Part shown: positions 17,307 through 24,000 of the stretch, one piece after another
Layout: each line of letters begins with the position of its first letter
Position numbering within the stretch: position 1 is the stretch's first letter
NCBI RefSeq assembly: GCF_002795245.1
Contig: NZ_PGVG01000015.1
Span: 136,599 to 160,598, forward strand
Length of the DNA stretch: 24,000 bases
Reading direction: 5' to 3'
DNA from: Bradyrhizobium forestalis
Lineage (GTDB): Bacteria; Pseudomonadota; Alphaproteobacteria; Rhizobiales; Xanthobacteraceae
Translations under genes and position numbers: made by a program
The notes under the pieces: model-generated
Databases searched by the model: none
What the model was told of the DNA's origin: nothing
The model's input: only the letters and a program-made list of their open reading frames with translations

Positions 17307-19298
17307 ATGACGGTATTGTTTCCAGCTCTGTGTAAGGCCATCGCTGACATTGCGCTTGCATGGGTCATAGGCGGAGTACTCTTTCTGTTGCTGGCAGCGC
17401 CGTCTTCCGATCCGTTACTTGCCGCTTGGCAAAGACGAGTGCAGGTGAGCTTTCTCTGGGCGGCCGGCATTCACCTCTTCGCTACCGCTGGGTTATTTAT
17501 CGCTCAAGTCGCGATTGCGACAGATATGGCACTATCGGAGATAGTCGCGGCTGGCCAGACGCTGGAAAGCTTCGGATTTGACACACATTACGGTCGGATC
17601 ACGCTTGCAAGGTTAGCGCTCTCTCTTCTTTTGCTGCTGCCGACAGCGATCCTAATTCGCGGCTGGTCGAGGGAGCAGCAACGTTTAGCCTCAATCGTGA
17701 CAGCCTGGACAGCAGCACTGATCGCGCTGATTGGTCCACTTGCTGGACACGCCGCCGGGGAAGACGACAGCCGTTGGCTCGTTCCGACCCATCAACTTCA
17801 CGTGCTCGCGGTTTCGGCTTGGCTTGGGGCCTTACCGGCTTGGATCTGGCTGGTGGCTTCGGTCGCTGTCACCCCCACGGAGACTCGGCGCGTCTATGTC
17901 GCAGCGACGCTGCGACGTTTCTCCCAACTAGCAATCGGTTTCGTGGTCGCCGTCGTCGCGTCAGGTTTGGTGCTCGCGTTTAGCTCCGCTAGTTCGGCTG
18001 GCGAGTGGCTTGGCACGACCTACGGTCAACTAATTATAACGAAGCTTGCTCTACTTGCATGCATCCTGTTGGTGGCCAATCGGATTCGCACGCGCTTCCT
18101 ACCCGTCATGGAAACCGTAGGAGCAAAACCCGCGGCTTTTCTTGCAGGAGCTGGATGGGCAGCAACTGAATTCTTTTGCGGTGTTCTGATCGTCGGCTGC
18201 GCAGCCGCGCTCTCAACAGTCATACCAGCACGACATGATCAGCCCATCTGGCGGCTGCCGTTTCGCTTTTCGATCGAAGCCACGTGGCCGGCGTGGCCGA
18301 CGCCTGTTATCGCGGCGGGCGCCTTCTCACTAGCACTATTGTCACTCTTCTGGGGCCTACTCGTTTGTTTGAGAAAGCCGCAAAAGGCAAAAGCAGTTGC
18401 AGCAGGCGCCGCCGCCGTTATTTCGGTCGCAGGCGGTCTGTGGCAGATATCCGTGCAAGCCTATCCCGATACTTACCGCCGCCCGTCGGTTGCCTATTCG
18501 ACGATATCAATAACCAATGGAAAGCGTCTATTTGCCCAGAATTGTGCGGCTTGCCACGGCAGCGGAGGGCTTGGCGATGGTCCGGCGGCATCGACCCTTC
18601 CCAAGCCGCCCGCGAATTTGAGCGAACCGCATACTGTGCTGCACACGGCCGGCGACATGTTTTGGTGGCTTAGCCATGGAATTCCAAAAAGCGGCATGCC
18701 CGGATTTGCTGATGTATTGGACGAACAGGCCCGTTGGGATGTGATCAACTTCCTGCGGACGTTTTCAGAGGGATTTCAGGCGCGCATCCTGTCGCCTGAA
18801 ATCGTACCCGATCATCCGTGGCTGGGGGCTCCAAACTTTTTCTTAGAGGACGAGAATGGGGCGGAGAGGGAGCTGAAGGACTTCCGTGAGCAAAGCAATG
18901 TGCTGCTCGTGTTTCCCGAAAAGTCCGACGCAATGCGCGTTGAACAGCTACGCCTTGAGCAGAAAAGATTCCGGAAAGAACGATTGTGGGCGATTATCGT
19001 GTCGCCGGACGCAACGCTGGCGGCGGGCGTCCCAAATGTCCGGCATGGAGCACAAGAGGTTAGAGAAAGTTACGATCTGCTCTCCCGGAGCACTACAAAT
19101 CGTGGAGATCCCAAGCGTTTGGAAATGGGAAGACATTCCATGGAATTCCTAATCGACAGGTTCGGATACATCCGTGCGCGCTGGTTGCAAGCGGAGGACG
19201 AATGTGGTTGGCAAAATTCCGACGAGCTGATCTCGCAGGTCCGAGTTCTCAATAGAGAGTCCAAAATTCTCCCGCCACCCGCGCAACATGTGCACTGA
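17307..19298 (+). CDS. copD: Three-part fusion: CopD-like polytopic membrane domain + class I cytochrome c domain + C-terminal thioredoxin-fold-like domain lacking cysteines
   Basis: The first ~380 residues are multi-TM and CopD-like. They are followed by NCAACHGSGGLGDG...SGMPGF (CxxCH heme motif plus a Met ligand candidate). Next comes FFLEDENGAERELKDFREQSNVLLVFPEKSD, which resembles a redoxin/peroxiredoxin beta-alpha start but has no Cys. Confidence 0.75.
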   Translation: MTVLFPALCKAIADIALAWVIGGVLFLLLAAPSSDPLLAAWQRRVQVSFLWAAGIHLFATAGLFIAQVAIATDMALSEIVAAGQTLESFGFDTHYGRITLARLALSLLLLLPTAILIRGWSREQQRLASIVTAWTAALIALIGPLAGHAAGEDDSRWLVPTHQLHVLAVSAWLGALPAWIWLVASVAVTPTETRRVYVAATLRRFSQLAIGFVVAVVASGLVLAFSSASSAGEWLGTTYGQLIITKLALLACILLVANRIRTRFLPVMETVGAKPAAFLAGAGWAATEFFCGVLIVGCAAALSTVIPARHDQPIWRLPFRFSIEATWPAWPTPVIAAGAFSLALLSLFWGLLVCLRKPQKAKAVAAGAAAVISVAGGLWQISVQAYPDTYRRPSVAYSTISITNGKRLFAQNCAACHGSGGLGDGPAASTLPKPPANLSEPHTVLHTAGDMFWWLSHGIPKSGMPGFADVLDEQARWDVINFLRTFSEGFQARILSPEIVPDHPWLGAPNFFLEDENGAERELKDFREQSNVLLVFPEKSDAMRVEQLRLEQKRFRKERLWAIIVSPDATLAAGVPNVRHGAQEVRESYDLLSRSTTNRGDPKRLEMGRHSMEFLIDRFGYIRARWLQAEDECGWQNSDELISQVRVLNRESKILPPPAQHVH

Positions 19299-19341
19299 AT
19301 TAGTGGAAATCTTTCAGGGCTCGCAAACAAAGGAGGAAAGC

Positions 19342-19854
19342 ATGCAAATATCATCCCGTCCCAACCGGTTTGGCGATCGATTCGAACAGTTCATTTGGTG
19401 CATGATTCTTGTGGCTGGCGCTCTGGTCGCGGCTCCAGCCCACGCACAACACCATGAGCCGGGCATGCACCATATGCACGGGTCTGACGGTGCGCCTGTT
19501 GCGAGATCGGGAAATACCGGCGAGCTGCCCGCATTGAAGATCCTCCTGCCGCAATCGGGTAATACCATCGGCGAGCGTGTTGCTTTCGTTTTCCAAGCCG
19601 ACGATAACATCGCAGAAATGACCATGAGCTCTGCCAATGCGAGCGTTCATCTGCATGTTGCGATGGACGAAACCGAGCTCATGCCAATGGCAGACCAGCT
19701 GATCCAGCTTGGTGATGGCCGCTATCTCTATGTTTTTGATCTCCCTGCCAAGCCTGGTCGGCACACAATAAGACTCTATTGGGCGGATCCGCAGCATCAC
19801 ACAATCTCCGAGACGGTACAGACCCTCAACGTGGTTGTGAAGGAATCAAAATGA
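19342..19854 (+). CDS. Secreted His/Met-rich protein, probable periplasmic copper-binding protein (DUF4399-like pattern)
   Basis: Start chosen at ATG 19342 (AAAGGAGGAAAGC upstream) inside ORF 19288..19854. Signal peptide is followed by HAQHHEPGMHHMHGSD. The later VHLHVAMDE...LGDGRYLYVFDLPAKPGRHTIRLYWADPQHH recalls DUF4399 (tentative). Confidence 0.7.
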   Translation: MQISSRPNRFGDRFEQFIWCMILVAGALVAAPAHAQHHEPGMHHMHGSDGAPVARSGNTGELPALKILLPQSGNTIGERVAFVFQADDNIAEMTMSSANASVHLHVAMDETELMPMADQLIQLGDGRYLYVFDLPAKPGRHTIRLYWADPQHHTISETVQTLNVVVKESK

Positions 19855-20081
19855 GCAAGCCGTCAATCATTGGGGGCTTAGGTGTGAGCCATTATCAGGA
19901 AAGTCTTGCGCGTGCGCTAGCTGATCCGGAGGGATTGTGGGCGGAAGCTGCGAAAGAGGTTGATTGGATCGAGTGGCCGAGAAAGATCTTCGATCCATCA
20001 ATGGGCATCTACGGCCGTTGGTGCGCCGGCGGAGCGGTCAACACTTGCTACAACACGCTCGATCGCCATGTCGCACATGGC
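19851..20081 (+). pseudogene. prpE: 5' fragment (~77 codons) of an acetyl/propionyl-CoA synthetase (PrpE/Acs family) gene, truncated
   Basis: ATG 19851 overlaps the preceding stop (ATGA). MSKPSIIGGLGVSHYQESLARALADPEGLWAEAAKEVDWIEWPRKIFDPSMGIYGRWCAGGAVNTCYNTLDRHVAHG is the conserved N-terminus of the family. After ~20081 the frame turns into low-complexity junk and stops at 20177. Confidence 0.7.
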
Positions 20082-20211
20082 AGCTGCGCGGCGGCCGGAT
20101 CACGCGGTTCTTCGCCGCGCAGTTCCTCGGCGGCTTCAATGGGCGCCTCCTGCAATGCGGCGCGTGACGAGCGCTGATCTGACGTGAGTTGCGGCGTATC
20201 CCTCCGCCAAA

Positions 20212-20317
20212 GCTTTCAATTACCCACAAATGCTTGATTCGATGGCGGTAGTCCTGATCGAAAAATCTTGAATCGGATGAATCGCTTGTGATTCATTGTC
20301 GGGCACCTGAAACGCGA
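20212..20317. repeat. Copy A of a diverged 106 bp direct repeat (partner at 23835-23940)
   Basis: GCTTTCAATTACCCA... then ...AAATCTTGAATCGgAtGAAtcgCTTGTGATTCaTTGtcGgGCACCTGAaaCGCGA. The first ~18 and last ~60 positions match at roughly 80 percent by eye, and the middle is diverged. Confidence 0.7.
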
Positions 20318-20993
20318 TTGGCCCGACGCCCGGCGCACTCATCAGGCGGCGACAATGTGCATCTTGCTCCGCGATCTCGTTGATCTCCTTGGTGACTAAC
20401 GCGACGCGACGGTCGAGATAGCGCCAGTCCTCGGCCAAGTCCTGGATGAGCCGAACCACCCGAGGTGACAGGCTTTCCGAAGGCATCGAGAGGATTTGGG
20501 GGAGCGCCAATCGGAGTGCTGCCGCTCCCTGCCGCACTGGTAGCCCTCGCTCAAGCAAAAAGCCCCGGATTTGATTGATGACCGCCGTTCTCTGCGTCAC
20601 CAATCGACTGCGAACTCTGTGGAGTGCCTGCAAATTGAGTTGTTTGGCCGACTTCACTGGGACGAACCGCATTGTCGGCCGCTGAACGGCCTCGGCGATC
20701 GCTTCAGCATCCCGAAAATCATTCTTGTGACCTTTGAGGTATGGCTTGACGTACTGTGCCGGCAAGAGCCGGACTTGATGGCCAAATTTCTCGAGCTTGC
20801 GCCCTAGATGATGTGCGCCTGCACACGCCTCCATTCCGATCAGACAACGCGGAACATTGGCCAGCGACTGGTCAAGCTGATTTCTCGACCGCTTCTTGCG
20901 TAGCGTGATTGCGCCTGTGGCATCGAGACCAACGACATGGAATGTGTTCTTCCCGAGATCGATACCGATCGTGACAATGTTCGTATTCGACAT
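20220..20993 (-). mobile_element. IS110-family transposase, truncated or internally deleted (DEDD N-terminal domain intact; helix-hairpin-helix/Transposase_20 domain cut after GVGPIA)
   Basis: MSNTNIVTIGIDLGKNTFHVVGLD...CLIGMEACAGAHHLGRKL...LLPAQYVKPYLKGHKNDFRDAEAIAEAV...LQALHRVRSRLVTQRTAVINQIRGFLLERG...LMSAPGVGPIA is typical IS110. The last 30 codons are encoded by repeat A and are unrelated to the family. Start moved to ATG 20993. Confidence 0.8.
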
Positions 20994-21090
20994 GGCTTGC
21001 GCTCCTGCTGCTGCCCCGCCGGGCTCCACGTTGCCGCTGAGAGCGGGCGTGGTCCATGCCATTAACTCATGAGAACTTTCTCGTCGGAGC

Positions 21091-22053
21091 TCACGCTTCT
21101 CGAATGCTCAAGCGCTTCGGGGGCGTGAAATATCGATATTTTCCGGTGAGCGTACCGTTAACGAACTGAAGACCGTGATCGCCATAGATGATATCCTCGC
21201 GCAAGTAGCCGTCGGCTATGGCCTCTTGATTGTTGCCACCGACTGTCTTGCGGCTAGTCGCGACCCCATGGCGGGCTGACGGCGAGCCGAATATTTCAAT
21301 TATGGATTCGCGTGGTGTGCCCAGTTTCAAGGCATCAAATTGTTTGGCAGGAATCATTCCTGATGCCTCGATGGACTCAGCTCTCATTGGTGGGAGGTCT
21401 TCAGATCCAATTGGCCTACGAGCCACAACTTTCTCGATGCAGTGCGAATGTATTGGAATGCCAGGATGCGAGTCCCATTTAATGTAATGATCAGACCGTA
21501 GAATCTCCCAGTCTGCTTCCGCATAGATGGCCTCCAGCTCTCCACGCGAGAACGACTTCTTGTGACCGGACACCAAACTCTCCTTCGAAATAGGATGGTC
21601 TGGTTGATCGAGAGTATTGGTGAAGCAATGAAATCCTCCCGGCCGAGTCCTATCGATGAAGGCCGTGACGAGCGGTTTCCAGACGCTCCGTTCCGTGAAA
21701 TGCAATACGGAATGCGCTATAAGGACGTCGAGGTAAGCAGGCGGCCGGAAATCTTCAACGCGAACAACTCCGCTCGTAATGTTCACGCCAAGATCGCCTG
21801 CGAGCCGGTTCAGCTTGGAGATAGCGGCTTCAGAGATGTCAGTCGCGATCACCTGATGATCAAAATGGGCCAGATAGAGAGCATTGCGCCCCTCGCCGCA
21901 ACCCAGCTCGACAACCACGCTCTTCGCGCGGAGAGCTGGCGCGATCTCGAAGATTTCGGGGCTAGGACCACCCATAGACGAAACGTTGTGGTCGGCGTAG
22001 CCCGAATCCCACCAACAAGGTGAATTCGCCACCTCTTTCATACTGAACCTCAC
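21091..22053 (-). CDS. Class I SAM-dependent methyltransferase (TehB-like core) with an extra ~100 aa C-terminal domain (BamE/BLIP-like pattern)
   Basis: SAM motif I is VVELGCGEGRNALYLA, followed by VIATDISEAAI and LIAHSVLHF. The C-terminal FDALKLGTPRESIIEIFGSPSA...LQFVNGTLTGKY resembles small lipoprotein-type beta domains (tentative). The start overlaps the radical SAM stop (ATGA). Confidence 0.75.
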   Translation of the reverse strand: MRFSMKEVANSPCWWDSGYADHNVSSMGGPSPEIFEIAPALRAKSVVVELGCGEGRNALYLAHFDHQVIATDISEAAISKLNRLAGDLGVNITSGVVRVEDFRPPAYLDVLIAHSVLHFTERSVWKPLVTAFIDRTRPGGFHCFTNTLDQPDHPISKESLVSGHKKSFSRGELEAIYAEADWEILRSDHYIKWDSHPGIPIHSHCIEKVVARRPIGSEDLPPMRAESIEASGMIPAKQFDALKLGTPRESIIEIFGSPSARHGVATSRKTVGGNNQEAIADGYLREDIIYGDHGLQFVNGTLTGKYRYFTPPKRLSIREA

Positions 22054-23399
22054 GCCGCCTGATATTGCTCCTCAAGGCGAACCATCGTGTCGGAGTAAAA
22101 CATCCGAGCTATAATGCTTGAATATTTGAACCCCTTTTGAGTGAGCTGACAAACATCATCATCTGCCAAATTGACGAGTTGCAAAGACTCGAGCGCCTTG
22201 AGTTCTTCACCAAAATCATTTGCTAGTGCTCGTCCGGATATGGCAGCGTACTTCTTTCTGCTTAAAGCTGACAATGTGAGGCCAAGCAGCGCGTAACGAC
22301 GCGCAACATCTTCCGACGTCAGTTTAATTCCGTGTGATGCTATCGCCCCAGAATCGAACGGTCGATCCGAGAATGCGCTGATGATGCGCGAAGCCGCGCG
22401 CCCGTCTACGGCATAATCAGTGCTATAGTGATATTGGCCGAGGTAGCTTCTAGCACCAGCTCCTAATCCTAGCAGGGGTGTCCCCTCGAAGTCCGACATC
22501 TCCTGCCGGTAGGCATGGTCGCCAGTCATCCTCGTGAAACGTGTGAAGGATTCTTGACGGTAGCCTTTGGACGCCATCAGAGCAACGTTCTGATCGTAGA
22601 CTTCATACTTTTCCGCTTCAGAGAAAAATAGCTCAGGATCGCACATTTTCGAGGTAATGACGTTCGTCATCGGACGAATAACAACGGGATAGAGAGAAAT
22701 TGTCTGCGGCTCATAGTCGAGCACGCGGCCAAGCGAAAGGATCCAAGAGTTGAGGGTTTGGCCACGCAGGCCGTAAATCAGATCAAGATTGACGTGAGAA
22801 AAGCGCTTGATGAGGGCTTCGATTGCCGCTTTTGCGATCTCGATCGAATATGGCCGACCACAGTGCGCAAGCTCGCCGGGCTCCATACTTTGGATGCCCA
22901 TGCTCATTCTGTTGACGCCAAGTGCCTGCAAGCAATCCATAAGGTTGTTGTCGAAAGAGTCCGGTGCGCCCTCGACCGTAATCTCGCATCGCCGGCTTCG
23001 TTTTGGAAATGCAGTATCGAGGGCGGCGAATATCTCGCTAAATTGATGCTTCGTTAGCAGCGTCGGAGTGCCGCCGCCGAAATAGATACTGACAACCTCT
23101 TGATCTCCAAAGTACTCTCCATAACGAGCGATGTGCTCTACCAACCGACCAACATAAGACTCCTGGGTTCCGTGCCTATTGCGCGTTGTAAGGAGAGTGC
23201 AATAGGTGCAGCGGTAACGACAGAACGGAATGTGGACATAGATGTTGATTTGCTTTGAGCGATTAACCTGCTCAATAACATCAGCGATGCGGAGTGGTTG
23301 CCGGAAAGCCCTATACGCGCGCTTCGAAGGATAGCCATAAACATATGTTGGCAGCTCCTTCTTCTCTATCTTCGTCCGAAGAAATTCCAGACGATCCAT
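22050..23399 (-). CDS. HemN-like radical SAM enzyme (coproporphyrinogen III oxidase-like / class C radical SAM methyltransferase family)
   Basis: NIYVHIPFCRYRCTYCTL (CxxxCxxC cluster motif), SIYFGGGTPTLL, and a HemN_C-like C-terminal part. 449 aa. GC content and codon usage are visibly lower than the flanks. Confidence 0.8.
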   Translation of the reverse strand: MDRLEFLRTKIEKKELPTYVYGYPSKRAYRAFRQPLRIADVIEQVNRSKQINIYVHIPFCRYRCTYCTLLTTRNRHGTQESYVGRLVEHIARYGEYFGDQEVVSIYFGGGTPTLLTKHQFSEIFAALDTAFPKRSRRCEITVEGAPDSFDNNLMDCLQALGVNRMSMGIQSMEPGELAHCGRPYSIEIAKAAIEALIKRFSHVNLDLIYGLRGQTLNSWILSLGRVLDYEPQTISLYPVVIRPMTNVITSKMCDPELFFSEAEKYEVYDQNVALMASKGYRQESFTRFTRMTGDHAYRQEMSDFEGTPLLGLGAGARSYLGQYHYSTDYAVDGRAASRIISAFSDRPFDSGAIASHGIKLTSEDVARRYALLGLTLSALSRKKYAAISGRALANDFGEELKALESLQLVNLADDDVCQLTQKGFKYSSIIARMFYSDTMVRLEEQYQAA

Positions 23400-23834
23400 G
23401 ACTTAACCCCTCGGTCGTCGTGCGTGACCCGGAGGTCATGGACTCCGCTCGGCCGCTCTTGCCGCCGCGCAAAGAGGGACACTCAAGAGTCGTGCCAAGC
23501 CCGCGAAGTGTCCCAGAGAAGGTCGTTCTGCGTTCTATTCAATGGCTTAACTGCGAGCGCGGGACAGCACGTCGCGCGAACATCACTGTGTCTCAGGAGC
23601 GACAAACCCGACAACAGGGGCAACGTACCTAAGCCCAGTATGTCCTTTGGCGCCAGCATAGCGGCGCCACCGGTCTCCGTCACAGTCGAGCCGCCGTCGC
23701 GTATGAAGGCGCGGCGGCTCGACATCGGAGAGCGCAGATGCCGTAGGTTCTTTACGTGGGGCTCGACGTTCACAAAGCCAGCATTTCGGTGACTGTGGCG
23801 GAGGATGGACGGAACAGGACGGTGGGTTTCATCG

Positions 23835-23940
23835 GCTTTCAATTACCCATAACTTTGACCACTCGGGCTGATCCGCTGATCGGCGAAATCTTGAATCGAA
23901 AGAATTACTTGTGATTCCTTGCTGAGCACCTGAGTCGCGA
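23835..23940. repeat. Copy B of the diverged 106 bp direct repeat
   Basis: See copy A. On the minus strand it also ends in a stop codon at the equivalent position (TAA, 23845-23843). Confidence 0.7.
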
Positions 23941-24000
23941 AGGGGTGCTCTATGGGGCTGACATTAAGGGATCGATCGGCAAAAGGCTGTTTGCGGTCCT
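23843..24000 (-). other. Open minus-strand frame entering from the right window edge (52 codons without stop), unknown product
   Basis: My translation is ...DRKQPFADRSLNVSPIEHPFATQVLSKESQVILSIQDFADQRISPSGQSYG*. Its tail parallels the tail fused to the IS110 fragment (FQVPDNESQAIHPIQDFSIRTTAIESSICG*). Confidence 0.3.

Noticed and set aside
19779-20177. Full 132 aa ORF as a gene
   Set aside because: Only the section from ATG 19851 to ~20081 has Acs/PrpE homology. The upstream 24 codons overlap the preceding gene, and the tail (SCAAAGSRGSSPRSSSAAS...) is junk after the breakpoint.
20994-21062. N-terminal extension of the IS110 transposase ORF (MAWTTPALSGNVEPGG...)
   Set aside because: IS110 transposases begin right at the xxIGIDLGK motif, so the internal ATG at 20993 is the plausible start.
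23400-23842. ORFs 23483..23842(-), 23298..23792(+), 23420..23632(+) as a precursor peptide, regulator or enzyme upstream of the radical SAM gene
   Set aside because: It is higher-GC sequence open in several frames, and I can recognise no motif. It is probably debris of an unrelated gene and is left unannotated.

Overview
High-GC, Rhizobiales-like accessory region; the taxon is a guess from gene content and composition. Left third (1-9325): ordinary catabolic and regulatory genes, namely mmsA (partial), two LysR regulators, a nitronate monooxygenase-family flavoenzyme, an MFS/MHS transporter, a GST and a PNPOx-like flavoprotein. Among them are decayed genes: an aldoxime dehydratase with two in-frame TAG codons, a 5'-truncated LysR fragment and a broken tautomerase. 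Middle (about 9400-12285): mobile and structured DNA. An apparently complete group II intron (IEP plus textbook domains V and VI) seems to be inserted into domain V of a second, 5'-truncated group II intron. A roughly 225 bp imperfect palindrome follows. Core (12841-20081): a copper membrane monooxygenase (CuMMO) operon in C-A-B order, clearly homologous to pmoCAB/amoCAB but visibly divergent. An orphan pqqA missed by the ORF track sits just upstream. Downstream lie a PmoD/AmoD-like secreted protein, CopC, a CopD-cytochrome c-thioredoxin-fold fusion and a His/Met-rich periplasmic protein. The first ~77 codons of an acetyl/propionyl-CoA synthetase follow, translationally coupled to the operon and then cut off by foreign DNA. 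Right end (20212-24000): an internally deleted IS110-family transposase, then a lower-GC, translationally coupled pair (HemN-like radical SAM enzyme plus SAM methyltransferase with an extra C-terminal domain). This segment is bracketed by two diverged 106 bp direct repeats. The best candidate for an undescribed system is the CuMMO/copper-handling/pqqA/acyl-CoA-synthetase locus, which looks like a mobile-element-flanked island in a non-methanotroph-like context. Its substrate cannot be read from the sequence. All calls come from by-eye translation and motif recognition; no searches or computations were run.
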